A model generated the notes under the pieces. The model did not search any database. It had not been told where the DNA came from and was given only the letters and a program-made list of their open reading frames with translations. DNA of 64,000 bases, from assembly GCA_021779955.1 (NCBI GenBank), contig JAJXZS010000019.1:8476-72475 (forward strand). The letters are read 5' to 3'. Position numbers and translations under genes: made by a program. Positions 52,741 to 63,223 of this stretch are shown here, piece by piece. Position 1 is the first letter of the stretch, and each line of letters begins with the position of its first letter. Source of the DNA: Chloroflexota bacterium (GTDB taxonomy: Bacteria > Chloroflexota > Anaerolineae > Anaerolineales > Anaerolineaceae).

Positions 52741-53988
52741 TTACTGTACAGGAAGCATGTTATTCTGCTCGAATAAGGAGACCAGTTCAATGTGATATGT
52801 CTGTGGGAAGAGATCTAACGGAGTGATCAATTTAAGGTCATATCCTGCATCCACGATCTTGCGGGCATCCCGCGCAAAGGTTGAGGGATCGCAAGAGACA
52901 TAGACAATTCTCTCGGGCGCCATCTTGACCAGCGCATCCAGCGCTCTTTTTTCCAACCCAGCCCGCGGAGGATCGACGACGACTTTAGAAGGTTTCACCG
53001 CAAGCGAAGGCAAAATTTGTTCGGCAGAACCGATGTAGAGCTCGACATTATCGAATTCGTTCAGATTTTGAGCGTAATCGTTACAAGCCGATTCAGACAG
53101 CTCGACGCCAATCACCTTCTGAATGAGAGGCGCCAGAAACGCCGAAAATAGGCCGGCTCCACTATAACAATCCAAAACGGTATCCCGGCCTGTTGGCTCG
53201 AGAAGCTTCAGAACCAGTTCGACCATCTTTTCCGCCTGCGAGTTGTTTACCTGGAAAAACGAGCCGGCTGAAACGACGAAATTACGGCCTTTCACCTGCA
53301 TGACTGTGTAAGGATCGCCCGATAAAGTCAGCTCGGAGCCGCTGCCAAGATAGACTGCGGAGAGGGGAAAGTCTACCTCGAACTCAGGCGCGGTATCTCC
53401 TTTGCCCTCCAATACCAACAGCAGGTCTGCGTCCGCGCCTTCGCGCAGGGTCACTCTCTCGATTCCAGATTTCGGATCGATTTCGAGATGGGGCCAGGCT
53501 GCGTCGATGGCGGGCATGGGCAAATGGCATTCGCTGATCTCTACCACCTGGTTCGAACCGGCCTTTTCATAACCCAGCTTTCCACTCACCGAAACGTGAA
53601 ATTGCACGCTGTTGCGATAGTTCCACTCATCCGGCGAAACCATAATGGGCTCAATGGAAGGGTCGGTGAATTTACCAATCCTCCTGAGCTGGTCGGCTAC
53701 GATCGATCGCTTAAAACCGAGCTGGTCGTGGTAGCCCATATGCTGATAGTGACATCCGCCGCACACGCCAAAATGTCTGCATAGTGGCTTGATCCGTATG
53801 GGTGACACTTCGAGAATATCCAGGATGCGTCCGCGAGCGAAATTTGTCTTCTCTTCGATGAGCTCAACCCTCACCTTCTCGCCGGGAATTCCAAATGGAA
53901 CAAAGACCGGCCGGTTGTCTTTCATTCGGCCGATTGCATCGCCGCCAAATACCATATCCGTCAATTCGATCTCTGCCAAAGGTTTCAT
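52741..53988 (-). CDS. TRAM-domain, Fe-S-containing RNA (uracil-C5)-methyltransferase (RlmD/RumA family)
   Basis: N-terminal TRAM, cluster cysteines CRHFGVCGGCHYQH, SAM motif VLDCYSGAGLFS, C-terminal catalytic VSCDP. Confidence 0.85.
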   Translation of the reverse strand: MKPLAEIELTDMVFGGDAIGRMKDNRPVFVPFGIPGEKVRVELIEEKTNFARGRILDILEVSPIRIKPLCRHFGVCGGCHYQHMGYHDQLGFKRSIVADQLRRIGKFTDPSIEPIMVSPDEWNYRNSVQFHVSVSGKLGYEKAGSNQVVEISECHLPMPAIDAAWPHLEIDPKSGIERVTLREGADADLLLVLEGKGDTAPEFEVDFPLSAVYLGSGSELTLSGDPYTVMQVKGRNFVVSAGSFFQVNNSQAEKMVELVLKLLEPTGRDTVLDCYSGAGLFSAFLAPLIQKVIGVELSESACNDYAQNLNEFDNVELYIGSAEQILPSLAVKPSKVVVDPPRAGLEKRALDALVKMAPERIVYVSCDPSTFARDARKIVDAGYDLKLITPLDLFPQTYHIELVSLFEQNNMLPVQ

Positions 53989-54055
53989 GCCCGTACTCCC
54001 GGGTCAATCATATCATAATCCATACTACCTACACGCAATTTGCAGAGCTTTTCCC

Positions 54056-54084
54056 TTGCCACTACCCATCACAGATGCTATAAT
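54056..54084 (+). promoter_or_regulatory. sigma70-like promoter for tRNA-Arg
   Basis: TTGCCA (54056-54061), 17-nt spacer, TATAAT (54079-54084). The tRNA starts 10 nt later. Confidence 0.7.
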
Positions 54085-54093
54085 TTTTCTGAT

Positions 54094-54167
54094 GCCCCGG
54101 TAGCTCAATAGGATAGAGCAAAGCACTCCTAACGCTTAGGTTGAGAGTTCGAGTCCCTCCCGGGGCA
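54094..54167 (+). tRNA. tRNA-Arg (anticodon CCT)
   Basis: Acceptor GCCCCGG/CCGGGGC, D arm GCTC-AATAGGATA-GAGC, anticodon loop CTCCTAA, T arm GAGAG-TTCGAGT-CCCTC (one mismatch). One A-C mismatch in the anticodon stem. Confidence 0.85.
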
Positions 54168-54198
54168 CTTTTAGTTAATATTTTGACAGCTTTTACTC

Positions 54199-54330
54199 TT
54201 GCACTTTTGAAAAGATTCTTTTATAATGGTTTTTGATAAACATCTGAGTGCCCCCCTCACCCAGGTGTTTATCATTTAATGCAACAAATCACCCAGATAA
54301 AAAGATCTCCGGTTCACCGGAGATCTTCTA
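54199..54330 (+). ncRNA. candidate small RNA: consensus-like promoter, 5' hairpin, then a shared 10-bp terminator hairpin
   Basis: TTGCAC (54199-54204), 17-nt spacer, TATAAT (54222-54227). Hairpin GATAAACATCTG...CCAGGTGTTTATC at 54235-54273. Hairpin AGATCTCCGG/CCGGAGATCT at 54303-54326. No ORF. Confidence 0.3.
54303..54326 (-). terminator. intrinsic terminator of the 54331..54687 gene
   Basis: Perfect 10-bp stem followed on the minus strand by TTTTTATC. Confidence 0.75.
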
Positions 54331-54687
54331 TTAATTCGCCGAATAATCCTGGTCGTCATCCGATTCTGTATCGGCTTCCGACTCTTCAAGCTCGCGTCTT
54401 ACCCATAAATAAAGAAGCTGCCCATTATTGCCTTCCACCGTTCTAGCGGCAAGGATGGGAACCTTGGCTTCGAGGCCGAGTTCCGTGCGGTAATGCAGAC
54501 AAATTTCTCCATTTTTCTTCCAGGCTTTATGGCATCGTTCCACCAGAGCCGGTCCGTTGAACGTACGCAGGCGTGTAAGCGCTGTGTCATATAATGTGGG
54601 GCTCTCGTTCAATCCAAGTGCCCAACCGTCATCGATGTTTTCAAAAACAGGGGGCGGTCCTTCGATGATTGTGATTTTATCGTCCAT
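54331..54687 (-). CDS. hypothetical protein (118 aa, acidic C-terminus)
   Basis: Clean ORF with its own terminator. No family recognised. Confidence 0.5.
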   Translation of the reverse strand: MDDKITIIEGPPPVFENIDDGWALGLNESPTLYDTALTRLRTFNGPALVERCHKAWKKNGEICLHYRTELGLEAKVPILAARTVEGNNGQLLYLWVRRELEESEADTESDDDQDYSAN

Positions 54688-54853
54688 TTACAACTCCTTG
54701 CAACATCATACCACAAAGCAAATAATCCCTGCAGAGGGCGAAAAGCTTTTTTCAATTCTGATGAACCTCCAATGTTCTGTTTATTCTTTTCTTACAGACT
54801 GAAAGTAACATCATTTTAACTAAGGAATTAATGAATTCTCAAAAGATGGAGGA

Positions 54854-55276
54854 ATGATGACTTTCTATATGTATCACCCAATGAACTGGTATGAAGCTCG
54901 CCGTCAAATGATGCGCCGGATGATGGCCGAGCATGGTTTCGAGCGCACAATGTGGTTCCCGGTCGAAATCAAGGCCGCTGAGACAGAATACGTGGTCAGG
55001 GCGCTGCTCCCCGGTCAAAAAGCTGAAGACGTAAAGATCGAGTTCGAGAACAATGTGCTGAAGATCGAAGGCGAATTGAAGTTTGAGCGGAGCGAGAATG
55101 ACGAATATGTGATCGATGAAATTCCACAGGGCAAATTCAGCCGCTCATTTGAATTGAGCGATGCGGTCGAGTCGGACAATATCCAGGCGTCAATGTCAAA
55201 TGGTGTTTTGACCGTCCACATCCCCAAAGCGCCGGAAACAAAACCCCGCACGATCAAAATCAATGTAGAAGAATAA
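54854..55276 (+). CDS. Hsp20/alpha-crystallin small heat-shock protein
   Basis: Alpha-crystallin domain (VRALLPGQKAEDVKIEFENNVLKIEGE...GVLTVHIPK). GGAGG RBS. The second ATG at 54857 may be the true start. Confidence 0.9.
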   Translation: MMTFYMYHPMNWYEARRQMMRRMMAEHGFERTMWFPVEIKAAETEYVVRALLPGQKAEDVKIEFENNVLKIEGELKFERSENDEYVIDEIPQGKFSRSFELSDAVESDNIQASMSNGVLTVHIPKAPETKPRTIKINVEE

Positions 55277-55347
55277 ATTTGATGTTGGACATGCGGCGGC
55301 TCGATGAGCCGCCGCCGTTTTGTTACTCACGGGGGTAAAATAAGCTC

Positions 55348-56142
55348 GTGGATAATGAAAATCTAAATATGCACCTAAAGCAACTCCCAATTTCCGCCAT
55401 GCGCGCTTTCGACACGATCGGCTCGACGAACGATGAAGCTCTCGCCTGGCTGGAAAATGGCTGCAACGATTATTCGCTCATCATTGCAGACGAGCAAACC
55501 AAAGGCCGCGGACGGTTCGACCGCAAATGGGTCACCCGCCCTGGCGCATCCCTGGCGTTTAGCCTGGTCCTCAAACCCACCCTTGAAGAAACAGCGCATC
55601 TTCAACTATTCGCCCCCCTGTGCGGATTGGCAGTCTGGCAGGCGCTTCACGACCTCTACCGGCTGGATGCACAAATCAAGTGGCCGAACGATGTACTCAT
55701 TGAGCGGTGTAAATGCGCCGGTGTCCTTGTCGAAGCCGCCTGGACAGAAGCTGAACTAAAAGGGATCGTTTTAGGTATAGGCATAAACATTTCGGAAGGT
55801 TCGCTTCCTCCATCCACAGACCGGTTGTTCCCTGTCAGTTGCCTGGAGACCGCAATAGGGCATCCGGTCGACCGTTTCGAAGTTCTGAGCGCTGTCCTTC
55901 GCTCCATCATCACCTGGCGCAGTAAACTGAGCAATCCGGAATTCATTTCCGCATGGCAGTCGCACCTTGCATTTTTGGGAGAGCCGGTGATGATTGTGCA
56001 ATCGCCAAAATCCTCTATAATAGGGGTAGTTAAGGGTATCGACAACCACGGACGCCTGATCCTGGTACGGGAAGGCGGCATCGAAGCCGCCATCGAAGTT
56101 GGTGATGTTCACCTGCGTCTCGCAGATGATTCCATATCGTAG
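55348..56142 (+). CDS. birA: biotin--[acetyl-CoA-carboxylase] ligase (no N-terminal HTH)
   Basis: GRGRFDRKW motif, KWPND, and a C-terminal SH3-like domain. Confidence 0.85.
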   Translation: MDNENLNMHLKQLPISAMRAFDTIGSTNDEALAWLENGCNDYSLIIADEQTKGRGRFDRKWVTRPGASLAFSLVLKPTLEETAHLQLFAPLCGLAVWQALHDLYRLDAQIKWPNDVLIERCKCAGVLVEAAWTEAELKGIVLGIGINISEGSLPPSTDRLFPVSCLETAIGHPVDRFEVLSAVLRSIITWRSKLSNPEFISAWQSHLAFLGEPVMIVQSPKSSIIGVVKGIDNHGRLILVREGGIEAAIEVGDVHLRLADDSIS

Positions 56143-56156
56143 AGGAGTATTGAACC

Positions 56157-56372
56157 ATGTTGGACGATTTGAGAAATTCTGCCAGAGACTCATATGAAGA
56201 GGAAGTGCCGGTTCAGCGCAAAGCCGCCAAGCCGGTGCGTGAGGAACCCAAGTTGATTTTCGGTATGACGGCTCCCCAACGTTTCATCGTTTCGGTATTT
56301 GTTTTATTGATGGTGATCATCCTCGGACTTTTCGTCCTGATCATGTTCGGGAAGATCGTGATTCCCCTCTAG
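56157..56372 (+). CDS. small single-TM protein
   Basis: 71 aa. TM FIVSVFVLLMVIILGLFVLIMF. Followed by a strong terminator. Confidence 0.5.
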   Translation: MLDDLRNSARDSYEEEVPVQRKAAKPVREEPKLIFGMTAPQRFIVSVFVLLMVIILGLFVLIMFGKIVIPL

Positions 56373-56384
56373 TTTGTGAATCAG

Positions 56385-56417
56385 AATCGGCAGAGAAAAT
56401 TCTCTGCCGATTTTCTT
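56385..56417 (+). terminator. intrinsic terminator
   Basis: AATCGGCAGAGA / TCTCTGCCGATT 12-bp stem followed by TTCTT. Confidence 0.75.
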
Positions 56418-56521
56418 GTCGGGACCACACTTATGATTCGCAGTTCTACTTTCGTCGAACATCTCAACCGTTCAGCCTGTTGCAAACCAAAGCATCCTCA
56501 ATTCAAAAACCGTGGCTGCTG

Positions 56522-59041
56522 TTACTCTTTTTGCTCCGGTTCATCCTTCTGTTCTTCTTGATCTCTACCATTTTTAGCCTGGTAAGTATTATCCTGGTCG
56601 ATTTGAGTTGTTACATTGCGTGCAATCGAAGCCACCAAATCTCCCTCGCCCAGGTCCATCAGCCGGAATCCCCGAGTAGCACGACCGCTGCAGGAAATCG
56701 CTTTCACCTTCAGCCGCAACATGATTCCGCCGGAAGAAATGAGCGATATTTCGTTATCGTCCTGAACCACCCTGGCTTCTACAATCTGACCGACCATGTC
56801 CAGGTGTTTCTGATCGATGGTCATCACGCCGCCGGTAGCTCGACCTTTCTTGGGATATTCCTTCAAGGGTGTTCGCTTGCCATACCCATTTTCGGTGACG
56901 ATGAGCAGTGTTCCATTGTCTTCGACGACTTCCATAGCTGCCAACCGGTCTTCGCCCTTGAACTTGATGCCCGTAACACCTGCGGCGGGCCTTCCCATGG
57001 GACGGATCTCGTTTTCGCCAATGCGCAGGGCCTGCCCCTTGCGGGTGACCAGGATGACATCATCTTTTCCAGTGGTCAATTTCACCCAGCCAAGCTCGTC
57101 GCCAGAATCAAGGTTGATTGCGATCAAACCCGACGGCCGCACGCTAGAGAACTCGGATAGCGCAACCCGTTTCACACGGCCCTTGACGGTCGCCATGGTC
57201 AGATAATTGGCATCTTCGAAATTCGGTACGGATACCGCCGCGGTGATTCGTTCGCCTGAATCCAACGCCAGCACGTTGACGATAGGGATACCCCGATCCG
57301 TGCGGTTGGCGTCTGGAATCTGGTAAGCTTTTTCGGAATAGACCTTGCCTCGGTCCGAGAAGAAAAGGATCGTGTGCAGTGTTCGCGCCGGGACGAGCAG
57401 TACCACCTCGTCTTCGCCGCGTACAGTCTGGCCGGATACTCCACGTCCGCCGCGCCCTTGCGTGCGATAGATATTCGCTGCCACACGTTTGATATATCCG
57501 CGTTCCGTAAACGTGATCAAAACCGGTTCGTCCGCCACGAGGTCTTCCTCTTTCAACTCCTCATGGGTTTCGGCAACGATCTTGGTGCGCCGCTCATCGC
57601 CATACTTCTCGGCCATTTCTTTCAGATCGTCTTTGATCACGCCGAGGATTTTATGCGGACTGGCCAGCAGGTCTTCCAAGAAGGCAATACGATCCATCAC
57701 TTCGCGGTGCTCTTCCTCGATTTTCTGTCGTTCGAGAGCCGACAAGCGTCTGAGCTGCATGTCCAGGATCGCCTGCGCCTGGACTTCAGTCAACTTGAAG
57801 CGCGAAACAAGGTTTGCCTTTGCCGTTTCCGTATCTTTGGATTGGCGAATCGTACGTGTCACGTCATCCAGATTGGCAAGCGCGATCAGCAGACCATCCA
57901 GAATATGAACTCTTGCACGCGCCTTATCCAACTCGAATTGCGAACGCCGGGTAATGATTTCCTGGCGGTGTTCGATGAAGATGTGAATGGCTCGCTTCAA
58001 CGAAAGCAGCCTGGGCTCGCCATTGACGAGCGCCAGCAGATGGACGCTAAATGTACTCTGCAGCGGAGTGTACTTATAGAGCCGGTTGAGCACCTGCTTG
58101 GGTTGCGCTCCACGCCTGAGTTCGATGACAATGCTCATCCCACGCCTGTCGGACTCATCCCGCAGGTCGGAGATTTCATCGATCTTGCCTGATCTTGCCA
58201 ACTCAGCGATGCGTTCGATCAGAGTCGTTTTGTTGATCTGGTAGGGAATCTCGGTGATGACGATACGAAAGCGATTGCCCTTGAAATCTTCGATGTGCGC
58301 CATACCGCGCACGACCAAGCGCCCGCGTCCGGTGGAGTAGGCCTGCAGGATACTTTCGCGTCCTACGATCACGCCACCGGTCGGAAAATCAGGTCCCTGG
58401 ATGAACTGCATCAGGTCTTCTGTGGAAATGTCATCCACCTTGTCGAAATTGTCGATCATATAATCGACCGCGCCGATCACCTCGCGCAAATTGTGAGGCG
58501 GGATGCTCGTCGCCATGCCCACAGCGATGCCAGAAGAGCCATTGAGCAGCAGGTTTGGCAGGCGTGCAGGCAATACGATCGGCTCCTGGAGCGAGCCGTC
58601 GAAATTGTCTGTGAAGTCGACAGTATTTTTGTCGATGTCAGCAAGCATCTCTTCCGCCATGGCTGACATTCTGGCTTCGGTGTAACGCATGGCTGCAGGA
58701 GAATCGCCATCGATCGAACCAAAGTTCCCCTGCCCATCCACCAGCAAATAACGCATCGAGAAATCTTGCGCCATGCGTGCCATGGCATCATATACCGCCA
58801 TATCGCCATGAGGGTGATACTTGCCAAGCACTTCACCGACGATACGGGCGCTCTTTTTGTAAGAAGTGTTCGAGCGAATACCCATGTCTGACATGGCGTA
58901 CAAGATGCGTCTGTGCACGGGCTTCAGACCATCCTTGGCATCAGGCAAGGCGCGCGCCACGATTACGCTCATGGCATAATCAAGATACGCGCTGCGCATT
59001 TGCTCGTCGATATCAACGTGTTGAACAGAACCAAAATCCAT
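56522..59041 (-). CDS. gyrA: DNA gyrase subunit A
   Basis: Canonical N-terminus ([31 protein letters not shown]), catalytic AAMRYTE, and C-terminal beta-pinwheel repeats. Confidence 0.97.
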   Translation of the reverse strand: MDFGSVQHVDIDEQMRSAYLDYAMSVIVARALPDAKDGLKPVHRRILYAMSDMGIRSNTSYKKSARIVGEVLGKYHPHGDMAVYDAMARMAQDFSMRYLLVDGQGNFGSIDGDSPAAMRYTEARMSAMAEEMLADIDKNTVDFTDNFDGSLQEPIVLPARLPNLLLNGSSGIAVGMATSIPPHNLREVIGAVDYMIDNFDKVDDISTEDLMQFIQGPDFPTGGVIVGRESILQAYSTGRGRLVVRGMAHIEDFKGNRFRIVITEIPYQINKTTLIERIAELARSGKIDEISDLRDESDRRGMSIVIELRRGAQPKQVLNRLYKYTPLQSTFSVHLLALVNGEPRLLSLKRAIHIFIEHRQEIITRRSQFELDKARARVHILDGLLIALANLDDVTRTIRQSKDTETAKANLVSRFKLTEVQAQAILDMQLRRLSALERQKIEEEHREVMDRIAFLEDLLASPHKILGVIKDDLKEMAEKYGDERRTKIVAETHEELKEEDLVADEPVLITFTERGYIKRVAANIYRTQGRGGRGVSGQTVRGEDEVVLLVPARTLHTILFFSDRGKVYSEKAYQIPDANRTDRGIPIVNVLALDSGERITAAVSVPNFEDANYLTMATVKGRVKRVALSEFSSVRPSGLIAINLDSGDELGWVKLTTGKDDVILVTRKGQALRIGENEIRPMGRPAAGVTGIKFKGEDRLAAMEVVEDNGTLLIVTENGYGKRTPLKEYPKKGRATGGVMTIDQKHLDMVGQIVEARVVQDDNEISLISSGGIMLRLKVKAISCSGRATRGFRLMDLGEGDLVASIARNVTTQIDQDNTYQAKNGRDQEEQKDEPEQKE

Positions 59042-59159
59042 AAAAAACGTCCTCTCGGGAAATCTATAACCTTGTAATTATACCTCATCCCATCTCAAAT
59101 TGCCTGTATGGACAACCTTTTGAATTGAAATGTGCCTGCTTTCCACAGCTCGTTAAGCT

Positions 59160-59188
59160 TTGACTTGCAGTGCCCTTTGTCTTAAAAT
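59160..59188 (+). promoter_or_regulatory. sigma70-like promoter upstream of pstS
   Basis: TTGACT (59160-59165), 17-nt spacer, TAAAAT (59183-59188). I could not recognise Pho boxes. Confidence 0.5.
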
Positions 59189-59251
59189 CCAGTGACACAT
59201 TGTATGAACAGATGAGAGGATCGCCCTTCCAAATCCTTTATAATTACACTG

Positions 59252-60142
59252 ATGAAAAAGTGGTTTTTCTTCGTGCTCGCCCTCAGCCTTTTACTGACCT
59301 CATGCAACGCACCAACCACCGTTGAGGGTGATTCACCTGCTGCTTCAAGCAACGCCTACATTACCGACATGGGTTCCGACACCATCGTCAACCTGGCGCT
59401 GGCATGGGCCGAAGCTTACCAGCAAGTCCAACCGGATTTGCGCATTTCGGTCACCGGCGGCGGCAGCGGCGTGGGCATCACAGCCTTGATCAACAAGACT
59501 GCCGATATTGCCAATGCTTCACGCCAGATCACCTCAGCCGAGATGGATGCCGCGAAGAAAGCAGGCCTCAATCCGCAGGAAATCGTGATTGCCCGCGACG
59601 CCATTGCCGTAATCGTCAATCCCAACAATCCTGTCGATCAGCTCACCCTCGAGCAGCTTTCAGGAATTTACCGTGGTGAAATCAACAACTGGGAGGAAGT
59701 CGGCGGCGATGACAGGCCGATCGTCAGATTGTCTCGCGAAACCAATTCGGGAACACACGTCTACTTCCTCGAGTCGGTAGTCCGGCTTGGCAACTCGAAA
59801 GACACAGCCATCTTCTCGCGCGATACGCTGCTTCTTCCCTCCTCAGAGGGCATCATTTCAGAAGTCCGCGATAATCTGAATGCCATTGGCTATGACGGGC
59901 TGGGTTACGTTACCAGCGAAGTCAAGAAAGTCGCCATCTCATCGCTCGACACTCCAGACAACTACGTCCTGCCTTCGGCAGCGACTGTGATCGATAACAC
60001 GTATGTGATCTCGCGCAGCCTCTACATGTACACACCCAATGTGCCAACCGGAGGGGTCAAGACTTACATTGACTGGATCCTCTCACCCCCGGCTCAGCAG
60101 ATCGTTCAAAATCTGGGGTTTGTGCCCATCACAAGCCCTTAG
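59252..60142 (+). CDS. pstS: phosphate ABC transporter substrate-binding lipoprotein PstS
   Basis: Lipobox LLLTSCN. GGGSGVG and SRE.NSGT motifs. First gene of pstSCAB. Confidence 0.9.
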   Translation: MKKWFFFVLALSLLLTSCNAPTTVEGDSPAASSNAYITDMGSDTIVNLALAWAEAYQQVQPDLRISVTGGGSGVGITALINKTADIANASRQITSAEMDAAKKAGLNPQEIVIARDAIAVIVNPNNPVDQLTLEQLSGIYRGEINNWEEVGGDDRPIVRLSRETNSGTHVYFLESVVRLGNSKDTAIFSRDTLLLPSSEGIISEVRDNLNAIGYDGLGYVTSEVKKVAISSLDTPDNYVLPSAATVIDNTYVISRSLYMYTPNVPTGGVKTYIDWILSPPAQQIVQNLGFVPITSP

Positions 60143-60154
60143 CCTGGAGCAACA

Positions 60155-61045
60155 ATGAGTAAGCAGCAAGGCAATCTGGTTATCACGGGTATCATCAAAA
60201 TCGCTGGATACTCCAGCATCGTGTTCGTCACCCTCATTCTCATCTTCCTTCTACGCGAAGGATTACCCGCCCTCGGTTCCGTCCCCATTTCTCAACTATT
60301 CAGTACGATCTGGTATCCCATCCAGGGCTATTTCGGCATCCTGCCGCTGATTCTCGGGACACTGCTCGTGACGCTAGTGGCTATTTTGATCGCGCTGCCT
60401 TTCGGCGTCTGCACAGCAGTTTATCTTTCGGAGATCGCGCCAAAATGGGTCAAAGCCGTCCTCAAACCGGTGATCGAGATCCTGGCGGGTATTCCATCGG
60501 TTGTCCTGGGATTCATTGGCATCCTTGTGTTCGTTCCCTTCATACGCACCTTCTTCAACCTGCCCACAGGGCTGACAGGGCTTACGGGCGCCATCCTTCT
60601 GGCCCTGATTGCCATTCCCACCGTGGTCTCGATTGCTGAAGACGCGCTAAACACCGTCCCAGATAGCTACCGCCAGGCTGCCCTTGCCCTCGGCGTCACC
60701 AGGTGGCAAACCATTTGGGGCGTTACCCTTCCAGCGGCGAAAACAGGCGTGTTGACCGCAGTCATGCTGGGCGTTGGTCGTGCGCTCGGGGAGACCATGG
60801 CCGTGATGATGGTCACAGGCAATGCGCCAGTGATGCCCACCAGGCTTAATTCGATCCTCATGCCCTTGCGCACCATGACAGCCACCATCGCCTCTGAAAT
60901 GGGCGAAGTCGCCACAGGCAGCACACATTACCAGGTACTTTTCTTCATCGGAATCGTCCTGTTTCTACTTTCACTTGCGATCAATGTTGCTGCAAGCTGG
61001 GTGAGCATGCGCCAGCGGCAACGTTCCGAGAGGATTCTCTCTTAA
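60155..61045 (+). CDS. pstC: phosphate ABC transporter permease PstC
   Basis: Six-TM permease with the EAA-type loop (SIAEDALNTVPDSYRQAALALGVTRWQT). Confidence 0.9.
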   Translation: MSKQQGNLVITGIIKIAGYSSIVFVTLILIFLLREGLPALGSVPISQLFSTIWYPIQGYFGILPLILGTLLVTLVAILIALPFGVCTAVYLSEIAPKWVKAVLKPVIEILAGIPSVVLGFIGILVFVPFIRTFFNLPTGLTGLTGAILLALIAIPTVVSIAEDALNTVPDSYRQAALALGVTRWQTIWGVTLPAAKTGVLTAVMLGVGRALGETMAVMMVTGNAPVMPTRLNSILMPLRTMTATIASEMGEVATGSTHYQVLFFIGIVLFLLSLAINVAASWVSMRQRQRSERILS

Positions 61046-61048
61046 CCC

Positions 61049-61912
61049 ATGGACAAGTCTTCGCGCACGTCCACGCTTATTGCTGAATCGGCAGGGTACA
61101 CCCTGGTCCACCTGATCACCCTTGCCACGATCATCCCGATCCTGGGGCTGGTCGGCTACATCATCGCAAAGGGAAGCCCCGCGATCAGTTGGCAGTTTCT
61201 TACTGCAGCCCCCACCGATGGAATGCGAGCTGGCGGCATCTTTCCCGCCATCGTCGGCACGGTCTATCTCACCATCGGCACCGCCATCTTCTCTGTGCCG
61301 CTTGGAGTTGCCGCTGGCATCTACATTTCAGAGTACGCTGCGGATAATGCCGCAACCCGCCTGATCCGCCTCGCGATCATCAACCTCTCGGGCATCCCTT
61401 CCGTGGTTTACGGCCTCTTCGGGCTTGGGCTTTTCGTCATTTTCCTCAATTTCGGCACCAGCATCCTCTCTGCCTCGCTGACGCTTTCGATCATGACCCT
61501 TCCTGTGATCATCAGCACATCTGAAGAAGCAATGCACAGCGTGCCCAACTCTTTCCGTGTGGTGAGCACCTCTCTTGGGGCTTCGCGCTGGCAGACGATT
61601 CGCAAGATCGTGCTTCCCCAGGCCTTGCCCGGTATTGTCACCGGAGTCATCCTGGGATTGGAGCGTGCGGTTGGTGAGACGGCGCCCATCCTGTTCACAG
61701 GAGCAGCCTTCTACCTGCCGCAGCTCCCAAGCTCGCCTCTCGATGCGACCATGGCATTGCCCTATCACATTTTCGTGATCTCAACGCAGGTACCCGGAAT
61801 GCCTGTCGAGATCCAGTACGGCACAGTGCTCGTGCTGCTTGTCTTCGTGCTTGGCATGAACCTGATTGCCACGCTCATCCGCACCCGTGCGCGGGCAAAA
61901 CGGGTATGGTGA
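61049..61912 (+). CDS. pstA: phosphate ABC transporter permease PstA
   Basis: Permease with STSEEAMHSVPNSFRVVSTSLGASRWQT. Confidence 0.9.
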   Translation: MDKSSRTSTLIAESAGYTLVHLITLATIIPILGLVGYIIAKGSPAISWQFLTAAPTDGMRAGGIFPAIVGTVYLTIGTAIFSVPLGVAAGIYISEYAADNAATRLIRLAIINLSGIPSVVYGLFGLGLFVIFLNFGTSILSASLTLSIMTLPVIISTSEEAMHSVPNSFRVVSTSLGASRWQTIRKIVLPQALPGIVTGVILGLERAVGETAPILFTGAAFYLPQLPSSPLDATMALPYHIFVISTQVPGMPVEIQYGTVLVLLVFVLGMNLIATLIRTRARAKRVW

Positions 61913-61916
61913 GATC

Positions 61917-62672
61917 ATGAACAAGTTCCGCATCGAAGACCTCTCTGTCCGCTATTTGGACAATAACGAAAGCCTGCGCAAGATCAACATGGAGATCGAG
62001 GAGAATGCCATCACAGTGCTCTTCGGCCCTGCGAACGGTGGTAAATCCACATTCCTGCGCACGCTCAACCGCCTCAACGACCTGGCAGATGTAAAGGAGA
62101 TGAGCGGCAAGGTGATCTTTCACGAAGACAACATTCTCGAGAAGACGACCGATGTTATCGAGTTGCGGCGAAGGATCGGCATGGTCTTTTCACGCCCGGT
62201 TCCACTGCCGCTGAGCATCTACGAAAACGTTGCATACGGCCTGATCATGGAAGGCGAGCATGATAAGAAAAAGCTCGACAACGCGGTCGAAAACGCCCTG
62301 CGCAAAGCCGTCCTGTGGGACGAACTGTACGACCGCCTTCAGGATTCGGCATACGCCATCTCAGGAGGACAGCAGCAGCGATTGTGCCTGGCGAGAGTCC
62401 TTGCGCTCGAGCCGGAGGTGATCATGCTCGACGAGCCCACCTCTGCTCTTGACCCCGTAGCCACAGCCAAGATCGAGGAATTGCTCAACCAACTCAAAGC
62501 GACTTACACCATCATCCTTGCCCCGCACAATATTCAGCAGGCGGCCCGCATGGCCGATTACGCAGCTTTCTTCCTGATGGGCGAACTGATCGAGTTTTCC
62601 AGCGGTAAGGAAATGTTCCTCAACCCGCGCGACCGCCGGACACAGGAATACGTCTCCGGAAGATACGGATGA
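61917..62672 (+). CDS. pstB: phosphate ABC transporter ATP-binding protein PstB
   Basis: ATG at 61917 (MNKFRIEDLS). GPANGGKST Walker A variant, LSGGQQQRLCLARVL-type signature, IMLDEPTSALD. Confidence 0.92.
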   Translation: MNKFRIEDLSVRYLDNNESLRKINMEIEENAITVLFGPANGGKSTFLRTLNRLNDLADVKEMSGKVIFHEDNILEKTTDVIELRRRIGMVFSRPVPLPLSIYENVAYGLIMEGEHDKKKLDNAVENALRKAVLWDELYDRLQDSAYAISGGQQQRLCLARVLALEPEVIMLDEPTSALDPVATAKIEELLNQLKATYTIILAPHNIQQAARMADYAAFFLMGELIEFSSGKEMFLNPRDRRTQEYVSGRYG

Positions 62673-62690
62673 GGTCGAATATTACAGGCA

Positions 62691-62731
62691 AATTCCCGAT
62701 TTCGAAGAAACAGAAATCGGGAATTTTTTTC
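62691..62731. terminator. bidirectional intrinsic terminator
   Basis: AATTCCCGATTT / AAATCGGGAATT 12-bp stem followed by TTTTTT. Confidence 0.8.
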
Positions 62732-62745
62732 GGTATCTTCGTTCC

Positions 62746-63222
62746 TTACTTGCGATCCTGCATCAGCTTTTGCGCCATCAGCGCGCCGTCGCGGATGGGC
62801 TCATACCCCGTGCAGCGGCAAAGATGCTTGTTCAGCGCGGTCTCGATCTCTGCCTGGCTTGCGGTAGGTTTGGCTTCGAACAGCCCGTAAAGCTCCATGA
62901 TGATGCCGGGAGTGCAGAAGCCGCATTGGACGGCTCCAGATTCGGAGATCGACTTCTGGATCGGATGCAGTGTCATCCCTTTCGCCAGCCCCTCTATGGT
63001 GACCACGTCGGCTCCGGCTGCCTTTCTGACCGGCGTGATGCAGCTCTTTACCGCCCTGCCGTTCATTACCACGGTACATGAACCGCACGTCCCGTTATCG
63101 CAGCCCACCTTGGTGCCCGTCAAGTCCAGAACGTCGCGGATCACCTCAACGAGCATCGTCTCGGGATCGACCTCGACGGTGCGCGGCATTCCATTAAGTG
63201 TAAAAGTGATTTTCTCTTCCAT
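62746..63222 (-). CDS. (2Fe-2S)-binding small subunit of a xanthine dehydrogenase / CO dehydrogenase-family molybdoenzyme
   Basis: GCDNGTCGSCTV and CGFCTPG cluster motifs. ATG at 63222 (MEEKITFTLNG). Confidence 0.9.
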   Translation of the reverse strand: MEEKITFTLNGMPRTVEVDPETMLVEVIRDVLDLTGTKVGCDNGTCGSCTVVMNGRAVKSCITPVRKAAGADVVTIEGLAKGMTLHPIQKSISESGAVQCGFCTPGIIMELYGLFEAKPTASQAEIETALNKHLCRCTGYEPIRDGALMAQKLMQDRK

Positions 63223-63223
63223 G

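Noticed and set aside
54761-54856. RNA thermometer in the Hsp20 leader (CCTCCA at 54766-54771 could pair with the SD TGGAGG at 54847-54852)
   Set aside because: It is only 6 bp across about 75 nt. There is no ROSE or fourU signature and no mapped promoter, so it is speculative.
59042-59251. Pho boxes upstream of pstS
   Set aside because: I could not find convincing direct repeats of a TTAACA/CTGTCAT type around the -35. Only a generic promoter is reported.
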